The notes under the pieces are model-generated. The model saw only the letters and a list, made by a program, of their open reading frames with translations, did no database searches and was not told where the DNA came from. From positions 35,408 to 99,407 of the IMG/VR virus record IMGVR_UViG_3300045972_000132: DNA of 64,000 nt; one strand, written 5' to 3'. The position numbers and the translations under genes are program-made. Source of the stretch: a virus. This document shows positions 54,410 to 63,905 of the stretch, piece by piece (position 1 is the stretch's first letter; each line of letters starts with the position of its first letter).

Positions 54410-57400
54410 ATGGCTGTTTTTCAAACAAATGCATTCCAGACTGATGCGTTTCAGCAAAATTCGGTCGCGGCTCCAATCAATCTAGCTGTTACCCCTGAGG
54501 AAACAGTAACAGCCTCGGATGGGTTAGCTTGTGCAATCAAGAGTACTAATACGCTTGCGGCGGAATCAACTGCTGCATCAGAGGCACTAGTCCCCGGCGC
54601 CAAGTTCAGCAACCCTCTCACTGTGGCTGAGATTGTCTCGCCTTCTGACACAGAACTTGCTGGCGTCAAGGCAAATTCTGTTTGGAATGCAGTCTCTGGG
54701 CCTGTCTTGGATGCAACAGCTTGTCCTACTGGCCTTGTTAGCGCGCCAGTTTATAACAGCGCAGGTGTTGCTGTTCTAAGCGGTGTTTCTAGCTCGTTCT
54801 CTACAAGCGGTCCTGGGCTTGTTGTAGTTCTGATCAGCTCAGACGGCTTCAGTTACCCCAACGTGTCCAGCGTTGTGCCGAGTGGCGGAAGCTTCTCAAC
54901 AGCGTTTACGCAACTGGTGGGACTCTCCAACCAGACCAACTCTGCTATTTGGTACGCCGTTTCATCAGTGGCTCTTTCTTCTATCACACTGACAGTCACA
55001 CAAAGCGTATCCCAAGATCTGGCTTTTTGGGTTGTACCGTTTTCAGCCAGTGGCGGCATTGGCGCTGCCACTCCAGGCATCTATGGTGATCCTAGCGTCA
55101 CCATCACGCCCCAGCAGACGAACTCCCTGATTCTTGCCACGGGCGCAGACGACAACAACTTCCCCCACACACCGCTGCTCGGCAACACCACCACCATTGC
55201 AGATCTTGCCAATGGCTTTGGTGGCTCAAACTGGTTCCTACGCCTCACTGGTCTGACGACAGACACGACTCCTGACACCATCGGTTGGACCGGTTCTGGT
55301 GGTCCTCAGACGATGGCGGCTGTCGAAATTCTTGGAGTGCCAGACAACGTAGTCACCCCTACTGTCACTGATGCTACTGGTGCAAAGACTGCCAACTCTC
55401 TTAGTGGAGCAACAGTACCAGTACAATTCGACGCGCTGCTGCTGTCGTACAAGCCTAACGCTGCTGCTGGCACTACGGTTTGGCCTACCAGCACGTTCAG
55501 CGCCTCCGCAAACCGGACGCTGGTGTGCTTGATCGGTATGGACGGCGCGCCCTCCATCGTCAGCGAGACGATTACTTGGACAGGTGGCACTCCCTCGGGC
55601 GCGACCGCTTGGGTGAAGCGCGTCGAGTCCGTCAACGGCAACGGCAGCGACCAGACCGTAGCGATCTGGACCGCTGATGTATCGAGCGCACTCACGGGTG
55701 TTTCGGTCACACTGACCTTCGGCGTTGCGCCAACAACCTATAACGATATTGGCATCTACGTTCAGTCGTACTCCGGCGTCACCGGATACGCTGCGCCGAC
55801 CACGTTCTTCAACAGTGCGTCAGGTGCGCAGTCATTTCCGATCAGTGTTACCGCTGCCGGGTCACAGGTTGCGTGGCTAGCAGGGAATATGATTGGTGGC
55901 GCTTCGCTCGTTACCCCAGCGACTAACTGTGTCATCGATGATGCCGGTGCATTGGTTGCCGGGGATACCGCTGGCGTCGGGCACCTTTCCTCCACGACAA
56001 GCGGCGCGGGAAGCATTACGGTTGGCGCAACCGAGGTACAAACTAGTCGCCTCGGCGCGGCGCTGGAGTTGTTGGGTGGTGGTGGTGGCGATGTTACGCC
56101 GCTAGATTCATATGATGCCACAAAGATCAGTCCAAGTGGTGGCACTATATCTGAAGTTGTTACACCTTCGGCTTCGGATTTAAATACCTCTGTTCTGGTA
56201 ATTGTAAATACCCCTGAATCTGTATCGACTTCTGCCACCGATTCCAGCGCAGGTATTCTAGTTGTATCTACTACCCCAGAGTCCACTGCTGCCTCTGACT
56301 CAGTAGATGCTACGGTTACGCCAGGTTCTTCACACGTTAAGAATGATAGCTTCTCGGAATCTGTTACTCCTTCAGAGTCACTAGTCACTTCTGCCGTTAC
56401 TACCAATTCCGTTTCTGAGCCTCAGGCATCTAGTGACCAGCTAGCTCCTGGTATTATTATCTCTCAGTCTGTACCTGAATTTACGACTCCTTCGGATTCA
56501 TATCTTTCTGCCTCAACCAAGGTAGTCACCGGTACTCCAGAATCTGCTGCTGCCTCTGATACCTATTCTTCCACGGCTAATCTAAAATTAACAAATTCCG
56601 CAGAAAGCGCCACTACATCAGACTCCTACTCCGTAATTGGAAACCCTGCCTCATATTTCTCTGAGTCCTTAACCGCATCCGATGGGGGTGCTGGTTCTGG
56701 AAGCATCACTTACGTCGGTGCCGGGGCGGCCTCAGTAGCGGCATCATTCTCTTCACCAACTGGCCCAGTTGCTCTGCCCGCAGGCATCGTAGCTGGTGAC
56801 ATCCTGCTGATGATCACCGCGGATCCCAGCGCTGCGGCAGTTTCAGGTTGGACCGTAAAGTCAAACGGTACTCCATATGGACTTACTGTCTATTGGAGGC
56901 GGGCGACAGGTAGTGACACAGCCCCAACTATCCCCGCTGTTTCGGAGAACGTTGCCTTTATCGTTGCCTACCGTGGGTGCGTTTCTTCAGGTGACCCGTT
57001 TGAAGCCTTCAGCCACAATGAAAGCCCCAACGGGAACGTCACCACAGCGAGCGTAACAACACTCTCCAGCAATGCAATGCTTGTCAGTGTTGGCTTTGGC
57101 TTTGATGATGCATCCAATTTCCAAGCTAATGCAATTGCTTTTATCGTCAGCGGTCCTATCTCTTCATATGATGTTAATAGCGTCCAATCTGTAAATGGTA
57201 TAAATGGTCCACAGTTTGCAATCAGTGAGGGCCACACTGTCCAAGCAGTTGCTGGAGCCAGCGGCTCTCAATCTTGGACCTCTGATGGTGCTCTTAACTT
57301 TTATAGCTCTGCCGCATTCCTTGGTGCACTGACCCCAGCAGGAGGCGTCGGATACAGTACCACCTCCCGAGTTACTGCCGCCGTTATTGAAGGCCCAATT

Positions 57401-59443
57401 ACTGGCGACGCTCAGATCTCCGCCTCAAAGCTAGTTATACTCAATGCTACTGAGTCTGTCGCAGGCTCCGATACGGTTGACGCTACTCTGATTTCTGGGG
57501 CTGCTCACGTTAAGAGTGATAGCTTCCAAGAATTCCTAACGATTTCTTCAGAATCTTTTAATACGCTGCTAATCTCAGCTAATTCGTTTAACGAGTCCGA
57601 GGCTGCACAAGACCAGTTGAGTGCTGGTGACTCCTATACATTAACTCTCAGTGAGTCTCAAGCTTCAAGTGATCAGCTAGTTGCGGCTGAAGCCGCTGCA
57701 CGCTCTATTAGTGAATCAGCAACTCCTCAGGATACGCTTGCAAGCACCTCCGTTGATTCAGTTTCAAATACGACAGAATCAATCACGGCTTCAGATTCGG
57801 CAGGTTCTGTTGGCGTTATTGGAGGAAGCACTTCAGAGTCTCACGCTCCCTCGGATGCATATACTGTCCAAGCAATTGACACCGTTACTACCTCAGCAGA
57901 CTCGTCTACGGCTTCTGATACGACTTCAAGTCAAGTAAACGTATCTGGCGGTGTTTTGGAATCACTTGGTTCCTCAGACACCCTGTCGCAAACATTTGTT
58001 ACCACTGGCTCTTTTAACGAGTCGGTAACAACGTCTGCTGCTGACTCCAATGCTTCTGTACTAGTAGTCGTAAACTCCGCAGAATCAACTACTCCTTCAG
58101 ATACAGTTGACTCTACGGTTACTCATGCAACCGGTCACAATACATTTAACGACAGCCTACAAGAGTCCGTAACTCTCCAAGACTTACTATCGACCACAGC
58201 CATTGACGCAGTAACCTCAGCGGCTGAGTCTGTAACCGGATCCGATACTGCCTTAACCGGTCAGGTAACCACCAATGGTGCTTCAGAATCTCAGGCGGCT
58301 TCTGACGCCCTACTGGCTGGTATTAAGTTCTCAGCTTCACTAAATGAATCTCAGGCTTCATCCGATACTGTTGACGCTACAGTAACTCCAGGTAGCGCCC
58401 ACAGCAAGTTCGATAGCTTCTCAGAGAGTTTGACGATTTCTTCAGAAAACCTCAATAATATTGCGGTTCTAGCCAATTCATTTAACGAGTCCGTACTTAC
58501 ACAAGACGGTCACGACGGTTCTGTTAAGAGCAACAACCCTCTATCTGAAGCGCAAGCCTCTAGTGACACGTTATCTGCTGGTAATAGCTACTCAACTTCA
58601 GTCTCTGAGTCCCAAGCTTCTTCAGATTCGCTGTTCGCATTAGTCTCAAGTGCTAATTCGGTTTCTGAATCCACTACTCCTTCGGATTCCGCTCTAACCG
58701 TCCAAGTATCCGCCAATAGTGTTAATGAAAACCTAACGCCTTCGGATCAACTAACCGGCAATGCCAAGCTAGTAAGCTCACAGTCCGAGTCCGAGGCGGC
58801 ATCTGACACCGTTGAGGGTGCAAGACTCGTCACATTAACACTATCCGAGTCCGAGGCGGCATCTGACGCTTCCATTGCTAATACCTCCGGTACTGGTTCT
58901 ATTTCAGAATCCACCAGTCAGCTTGATAACTTCGTATCAACCCAGACTCTAACTGGAACCGCTAGTGAGTCAATCCTAGCCTTAGATACCCCTGACTCTA
59001 ACGTCAAGGCGTCGGGATCGGTAAATGAGCCTGTTTCTACCAGCGACACCCAAGCAGGGGCGGTCACACTTGGTAAAACACTTTCCGAGTCTGTAACGAC
59101 AAGTGAAGCCGAGTCCGCTCAGAAACTGTTAGGGGCCACGCTAAACGAGTCTACTTCAGGCTTCGAATCCTATTCAAATATCGCTTCTCTCGCATCCTCC
59201 GTTGCTGAGTCTCCCCTAGCTAGCGACACCGAAGCCGCTGGAAGTACTCAACGGGCAAGCCTCATAGAGACCTTAACTGCTTGGGATCTACAGAATTACA
59301 CCTCAAGTACCAGTGCAGCTACTTCCGGAATGAGGTTCGCCGGGGTAAGAAAACAGATTATTCTCTCAACTCCCTACAAGCCCACCTCGATTACCAAAGT
59401 AGTAACTCTAACTTCTACCAGAAAGCCACTAAAGAAGAAGTAA
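54410..59443 (+). CDS. Giant Ser/Thr-rich repeat protein (1677 aa), putative virion fibre
   Basis: Dozens of ~19-20-aa repeats of type ES.(T/A)(A/P/S)SD; three inserted globular domains; N-terminal FQ.(N/D)AFQ repeat. Confidence 0.75.
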   Translation: MAVFQTNAFQTDAFQQNSVAAPINLAVTPEETVTASDGLACAIKSTNTLAAESTAASEALVPGAKFSNPLTVAEIVSPSDTELAGVKANSVWNAVSGPVLDATACPTGLVSAPVYNSAGVAVLSGVSSSFSTSGPGLVVVLISSDGFSYPNVSSVVPSGGSFSTAFTQLVGLSNQTNSAIWYAVSSVALSSITLTVTQSVSQDLAFWVVPFSASGGIGAATPGIYGDPSVTITPQQTNSLILATGADDNNFPHTPLLGNTTTIADLANGFGGSNWFLRLTGLTTDTTPDTIGWTGSGGPQTMAAVEILGVPDNVVTPTVTDATGAKTANSLSGATVPVQFDALLLSYKPNAAAGTTVWPTSTFSASANRTLVCLIGMDGAPSIVSETITWTGGTPSGATAWVKRVESVNGNGSDQTVAIWTADVSSALTGVSVTLTFGVAPTTYNDIGIYVQSYSGVTGYAAPTTFFNSASGAQSFPISVTAAGSQVAWLAGNMIGGASLVTPATNCVIDDAGALVAGDTAGVGHLSSTTSGAGSITVGATEVQTSRLGAALELLGGGGGDVTPLDSYDATKISPSGGTISEVVTPSASDLNTSVLVIVNTPESVSTSATDSSAGILVVSTTPESTAASDSVDATVTPGSSHVKNDSFSESVTPSESLVTSAVTTNSVSEPQASSDQLAPGIIISQSVPEFTTPSDSYLSASTKVVTGTPESAAASDTYSSTANLKLTNSAESATTSDSYSVIGNPASYFSESLTASDGGAGSGSITYVGAGAASVAASFSSPTGPVALPAGIVAGDILLMITADPSAAAVSGWTVKSNGTPYGLTVYWRRATGSDTAPTIPAVSENVAFIVAYRGCVSSGDPFEAFSHNESPNGNVTTASVTTLSSNAMLVSVGFGFDDASNFQANAIAFIVSGPISSYDVNSVQSVNGINGPQFAISEGHTVQAVAGASGSQSWTSDGALNFYSSAAFLGALTPAGGVGYSTTSRVTAAVIEGPITGDAQISASKLVILNATESVAGSDTVDATLISGAAHVKSDSFQEFLTISSESFNTLLISANSFNESEAAQDQLSAGDSYTLTLSESQASSDQLVAAEAAARSISESATPQDTLASTSVDSVSNTTESITASDSAGSVGVIGGSTSESHAPSDAYTVQAIDTVTTSADSSTASDTTSSQVNVSGGVLESLGSSDTLSQTFVTTGSFNESVTTSAADSNASVLVVVNSAESTTPSDTVDSTVTHATGHNTFNDSLQESVTLQDLLSTTAIDAVTSAAESVTGSDTALTGQVTTNGASESQAASDALLAGIKFSASLNESQASSDTVDATVTPGSAHSKFDSFSESLTISSENLNNIAVLANSFNESVLTQDGHDGSVKSNNPLSEAQASSDTLSAGNSYSTSVSESQASSDSLFALVSSANSVSESTTPSDSALTVQVSANSVNENLTPSDQLTGNAKLVSSQSESEAASDTVEGARLVTLTLSESEAASDASIANTSGTGSISESTSQLDNFVSTQTLTGTASESILALDTPDSNVKASGSVNEPVSTSDTQAGAVTLGKTLSESVTTSEAESAQKLLGATLNESTSGFESYSNIASLASSVAESPLASDTEAAGSTQRASLIETLTAWDLQNYTSSTSAATSGMRFAGVRKQIILSTPYKPTSITKVVTLTSTRKPLKKK
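58784..58867 (+). repeat. 24-bp direct repeat, period 60 bp, in-frame
   Basis: TCCGAGTCCGAGGCGGCATCTGAC at 58784 and 58844. Confidence 0.85.
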
Positions 59444-59481
59444 GTTGAAGTCCTAGGTGGAAGTGTGCTAGATTCCCGGCA

Positions 59482-60132
59482 ATGTCCGAAGTAGGCCAAA
59501 AGCGTCTAACAGATCGGCTTAAAAACTACCGTTACCTACATTGTAAGATGCGGGCTAGGTCTCGCTATGAGTTTGACCTGACTTGGGAAGATTATTTAAA
59601 AGCCTGTAATAGCTTCAATGAACCGGGCTTCCATTTTTGGAAAACCGACACTGGAGACTTGGAAGCTTGGGTGGATATCCATGGGATCAAGGTATGTGCC
59701 CACTACAAACCCCTTGAAGGACTCATTAGTACGCTCCTAGAGCCTCCAGAACAAATAGGCAGTGAGCTAGAGGAGTCTGGGTCCAACCAGATTAAATTAC
59801 TCAAAGCCGAGCTTCATAGGCTTAAGAATCATAAGATTCACGATTCCGACTATGACAGATCATTTAAAATAGGCGAATATATCCTTTTCTTGAAAGAAGA
59901 ACTCAAGGAGTCCAGAATGTCGGAAGAAGCGTTAGGGTCTTGGTACAAGGGTCAATTTCAAAAGATAACCAGACTTCTCAAAGAAGGGGACCAAGATAAA
60001 GCTTGGGCGCTAGCTAGCTGTCTAGCCAGTTCCCCAAGAGCGTTCGACCCTCTCTTGGACCCCGAGAAGGCTTCGGAATTGCTTGAGATTCTGGCTGAAA
60101 AGAAACTCCAACTAAAGAAAGAAGAAAAATGA
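59482..60132 (+). CDS. Hypothetical protein
   Basis: 216-aa ORF just after TGcTAGATT -10-like element. Confidence 0.6.
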   Translation: MSEVGQKRLTDRLKNYRYLHCKMRARSRYEFDLTWEDYLKACNSFNEPGFHFWKTDTGDLEAWVDIHGIKVCAHYKPLEGLISTLLEPPEQIGSELEESGSNQIKLLKAELHRLKNHKIHDSDYDRSFKIGEYILFLKEELKESRMSEEALGSWYKGQFQKITRLLKEGDQDKAWALASCLASSPRAFDPLLDPEKASELLEILAEKKLQLKKEEK

Positions 60133-60437
60133 TCAAGATTAGTTATCAGGTAGACACTACCCATACGTTCGGGGGCGTCGAACACACTATTTATTTTAAT
60201 AGTTACTTGACCAATGACCAGCGGTCCAAGTTTCCTAACCATATGACTTACTTGAAGTTCCCCCTTAGTCAAAGCTATGGGGCAAACAAAGACAAGGTTG
60301 AACACCTGTTAACCTTATGGTCGCACATCACCTGTATCCTATATGGGATCAACCACGTTAATCTATTGGGACGAGAGACTATCAACTTTTGGGATGAAGA
60401 CACAGACACCTTGACTCTCACTAGAGAAGTGGGGTAA
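60129..60437 (+). CDS. Hypothetical protein
   Basis: ATGA overlap. Confidence 0.5.
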   Translation: MIKISYQVDTTHTFGGVEHTIYFNSYLTNDQRSKFPNHMTYLKFPLSQSYGANKDKVEHLLTLWSHITCILYGINHVNLLGRETINFWDEDTDTLTLTREVG

Positions 60438-60464
60438 GTTCCTCTTCTAACCAAGGGAGAACAT

Positions 60465-61826
60465 GTGACTGAGCGATACTTCATCCATCCTGAGAACAAC
60501 CGATTCTGGAGTTGCCGTCTTGAAGGTGCCACCGTCCATACCCGCCATGGGCTTGTCGGCGGGGCACTAGTGGATGCCAGCGAGACTTTTCTAGGTAAGA
60601 ACCAAGGCAAGAAGAACGAACTGTCCCCTGCTGAGGATGCTGCGTCCAGAATGGACTACAGCGCCAGCAAGAAGATTCGTGAAGGATATCAAGAGTTTAG
60701 CAAGAAGGGCAACGAGTTCTACCCAATTAGTGGAGCCATTGCCACTAATGAGATCGACTTCGATAACCTCTCTGAGAACTTCTGCTGCTACAAGCCCTAT
60801 TCAGAAGTAGTTGGGCCTCTTGAGAAGAAGATGCAGGCCGGAAAGGTCTGGTACGGCATCAAGCGTAACGGTGCGGCCTTCTTTATCGCCAAGGGTCCCA
60901 CTGGGATTGTCCAGATGTATTCCCGTCGCATGTTCAAGCAGCACGACAAGGAAAAGAATACCAAGTTCACTTGGAACGACCGCTTTCCGAACATCGTAAA
61001 GACTGCTGCTCAGGTGATGCCGAACAACTCCATTATCTGCGGGGAACTAGTGGTCCCTAAGGTGGGGATGGGGTATCAGGACGACTTCAAGAAGATTCAA
61101 AAGATCACCAAGAGCCTGACCCCCGAGGCAATTGATCTCCAGAAGGATCCCGCCTTCACGGTAGCCTTTTATGTCTGGGATACCCTGTTCTGGGACGGCA
61201 AGTGCTCTGCGGCTGAGGAGAAGGTTAGTGTTCGCTATCAACGCATCAAGATGAATTTCTCTAATTTCCAAGCATTTATCCCCATTCACTGTTTCCAGAG
61301 CGCCTTCTTTAAGGACTCCAAGGCTGCAATTGAATACGCCAAGACCAACAAGCTTGAAGGCTTCGTGGTAGTGGACCCTGACGGGATCTACGGGGAAGAT
61401 GCCTATAACTTCAAGGGAAAGCCCGACCGTCCCAAGAAGTTCTGCGGCAAGCTTAAGCCTGAGTACGAGGCGGATGTTATTGTCGAGTGGGACCCAGATA
61501 ACAAGATCGGTAATTACTCAACCAAGGACAAGTTCGGAACCGGCAAGCCGGGTATCAAGAGTGTGGCGATGTTCCAGTATCGTCCAGACGGTACCAAGGT
61601 ATACTTGAGTGATCTCGGGGTCGGTCTGTCCGACGAAATGAGAATCAAGTATGCTGACAAGTCGTTGTTTCCCGCCGTCTGGAAGGTGATTTATACGGAT
61701 CGCCGCTTCATGGGCCTAGGGGATGACACCAACGCAATGGACTTCGCTAGATTTGATAGTATCCGCTGGACCGTTAAAGACGGTGGCGATAAGCCTCCAA
61801 AGGAGTGCGTCGATGACAGGATCTAA
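60465..61826 (+). CDS. ATP-dependent DNA ligase with an N-terminal WGR-like domain
   Basis: NRFW......V.TRHG.VG...KKIREGY; ligase motifs KRNG, GEL, FYVWD, EGFVV, KLKP. Confidence 0.85.
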   Translation: MTERYFIHPENNRFWSCRLEGATVHTRHGLVGGALVDASETFLGKNQGKKNELSPAEDAASRMDYSASKKIREGYQEFSKKGNEFYPISGAIATNEIDFDNLSENFCCYKPYSEVVGPLEKKMQAGKVWYGIKRNGAAFFIAKGPTGIVQMYSRRMFKQHDKEKNTKFTWNDRFPNIVKTAAQVMPNNSIICGELVVPKVGMGYQDDFKKIQKITKSLTPEAIDLQKDPAFTVAFYVWDTLFWDGKCSAAEEKVSVRYQRIKMNFSNFQAFIPIHCFQSAFFKDSKAAIEYAKTNKLEGFVVVDPDGIYGEDAYNFKGKPDRPKKFCGKLKPEYEADVIVEWDPDNKIGNYSTKDKFGTGKPGIKSVAMFQYRPDGTKVYLSDLGVGLSDEMRIKYADKSLFPAVWKVIYTDRRFMGLGDDTNAMDFARFDSIRWTVKDGGDKPPKECVDDRI

Positions 61827-62190
61827 GCATACTCAGTTTACCTCTAGACTCAAGAGCTTCAAGCTCCACAGGGTCTCAGGACTTTCTACTGAGTGGACAG
61901 CAGTGATACCCAAGGACACCAGGGTTATTTCTGCCAGGGTCGGCTGGGACGGTCTCTATGTCACTGGAATTTACCAAGTTGACCTGAATGGTAATAAGAC
62001 TTGGGTAAATATGACTGCGTATTTCGATGTAATTCCCGAGAATCCCTACGGGGACGGGCCTGTCTTCGAGTGCCCTAGTGACAGCACTTTCCTATGTACG
62101 CATGTTACTGATCATCTATCGCATTCCAACGTTGCGAATACCTTTCACTTTTTCCTAAAGAACAAGGTTGGTATTGCTCATGAGTGGTGA
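61813..62190 (+). CDS. Hypothetical protein
   Basis: SD aaggag before ATG 61813. Confidence 0.55.
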   Translation: MTGSKHTQFTSRLKSFKLHRVSGLSTEWTAVIPKDTRVISARVGWDGLYVTGIYQVDLNGNKTWVNMTAYFDVIPENPYGDGPVFECPSDSTFLCTHVTDHLSHSNVANTFHFFLKNKVGIAHEW

Positions 62191-62518
62191 TAACACGCTT
62201 CCAAACTCAGTCCTTGAGGCTGAGTGGTATGTTAGGTTCTATCGGATTCTCCTAATGGAGGAAATTCCATGGATTGAACCCCATAGGTCTATAGTCAGCT
62301 ACACGACCACCTATGAATTCTGGCATACAGTTAAACCTGGCCTGCACAGGAAGATAACGATTTATCTTAACCCACAGGAAAGAGACTTTGACCTAGTTAC
62401 GGTTCCAGAGTTTCACGATGAACCTGTAAACCTAGATACTCTTCCATGGGAAAATTCCACTAGAATCATCAGTGCTTTCAATTGGTTGAATGGGAGAAGC
62501 GATGTCGAAACCCTCTGA
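62180..62518 (+). CDS. Hypothetical protein
   Basis: Packed ORF. Confidence 0.5.
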   Translation: MSGDNTLPNSVLEAEWYVRFYRILLMEEIPWIEPHRSIVSYTTTYEFWHTVKPGLHRKITIYLNPQERDFDLVTVPEFHDEPVNLDTLPWENSTRIISAFNWLNGRSDVETL

Positions 62519-62813
62519 TTATTACTTGAAGCTAGTTGAACTAGGTCGGCTTGCCGATGACGCCAAGGTGAAGGCCAAGAAGGATAAATATATGGAGCAA
62601 GTAGGCCGAATGGTTCAAATACGATCCATTATTGATCAAGTCCTAGCGTGGCCGATGCTATGTGAGCAATGCGGAAAGCCTGTCGAAGAGGTTCGGAAGG
62701 TATATGCAAATCCGGTGTGTCACTCCTGTCTTGCCCCGCCAGATCCCTTGACTAAGCCTTTAGTTGTGACGACAAAGCCAGTAGATGAAGACGTATTCCC
62801 CGAGGAAGACTAA
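62502..62813 (+). CDS. Hypothetical zinc-finger protein
   Basis: CEQC...CHSC; SD ggag. Confidence 0.55.
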   Translation: MSKPSDYYLKLVELGRLADDAKVKAKKDKYMEQVGRMVQIRSIIDQVLAWPMLCEQCGKPVEEVRKVYANPVCHSCLAPPDPLTKPLVVTTKPVDEDVFPEED

Positions 62814-63016
62814 TGCCATACTTCAGATTCCAGATCAACGTTATCGGTGTGGCTACTGTTACTGAAGAGGCTGAGACCTTAGAGGAAGCTAGGGAACTAG
62901 CCATCGAAGCCTTCAAGGATATTAGGGAGCAAGCCAAGCTGGAAGAACACATGTGTGACACTGAATACTTCAAGCTAGACTTGGACACTATTTCATTGTA
63001 CAAGGAGCAAGACTAA
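62813..63016 (+). CDS. Hypothetical acidic protein
   Basis: TAATG overlap; EAETLEEARELA. Confidence 0.55.
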   Translation: MPYFRFQINVIGVATVTEEAETLEEARELAIEAFKDIREQAKLEEHMCDTEYFKLDLDTISLYKEQD

Positions 63017-63258
63017 TGGTTACCCCAAGAAAGGCACTAGCGGATTGTGCTGGTTTTATCGTCATGCACTTCGGTGAAAACCCAACAGATGAGGTAGCCA
63101 AGGCTGTATTGGAACAAGCTCTGACTGTCCTTACTTCCGGCGTAGGAACCTGCGGAATACCCCAACATGGTCAGTTACATGCGGCAAAATCTACTTGCCG
63201 CAACTGGGTCAGAAACGATACTATGTCTGACTACTTAGAGAAAGCGAGTGGAAAGTGA
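63016..63258 (+). CDS. Hypothetical protein
   Basis: TAATG overlap; SD aaggag. Confidence 0.55.
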   Translation: MVTPRKALADCAGFIVMHFGENPTDEVAKAVLEQALTVLTSGVGTCGIPQHGQLHAAKSTCRNWVRNDTMSDYLEKASGK

Positions 63259-63614
63259 ACGAGCGATTAACAATTGCAGCAAGGATACTAGCTAACAAGC
63301 TAATCAATGCGGCTGGACAGCCTAACCCGATTCCCTTGGTTAAACAATCACTTATGTATGCGGATGAGCTTCTTAAGCAGAATGCGGAATTTGAACACAC
63401 TTTCCTAGGTAATTGCGGGTTAGAGTATCCCGTGGAAACCAACGAGGAGAGGGAGCTTCGACAAAAAGGTTATCTGATCGGGCTGTTGGCATCTAATTCT
63501 AGACTCCTCACGCCAATTGCCGATCATAAATTCGAAGACTGTAAATTCAAGAATGATTGGAAACCCAACCTACTCTCACCTCTACAAAAAAGCGACAAAC
63601 CGACCAATGGATGA
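63255..63614 (+). CDS. Hypothetical protein
   Basis: GTGA overlap. Confidence 0.5.
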   Translation: MNERLTIAARILANKLINAAGQPNPIPLVKQSLMYADELLKQNAEFEHTFLGNCGLEYPVETNEERELRQKGYLIGLLASNSRLLTPIADHKFEDCKFKNDWKPNLLSPLQKSDKPTNG

Positions 63615-63894
63615 TCTTACTCTTACTGAGCGAATGGTTATTGCGCTGGAGAAAGCGATAGTCGAAAAACTGGTCAAACACCAGTACTCGACTCCAGCCA
63701 ACTATGCAGAAGTACAGAAGTGTATCCAAATAGTTGAGCAGGTATGTCAGGTTACCTTAAAGAATCTCGGTGGTGGTTTTGAAGTAGCTGAGGAAGCCGT
63801 GGAGGGAAACTGCTTTGAGAAGTACTGCCCCCATAGTTCTGGACTTCATACCCGTGCGGAGTGTACTATACCTGAAATGTGGGTTGAAAATTAA
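63607..63894 (+). CDS. Hypothetical protein
   Basis: Packed ORF. Confidence 0.5.
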   Translation: MDDLTLTERMVIALEKAIVEKLVKHQYSTPANYAEVQKCIQIVEQVCQVTLKNLGGGFEVAEEAVEGNCFEKYCPHSSGLHTRAECTIPEMWVEN

Positions 63895-63905
63895 GCGAGG
63901 AAGCC

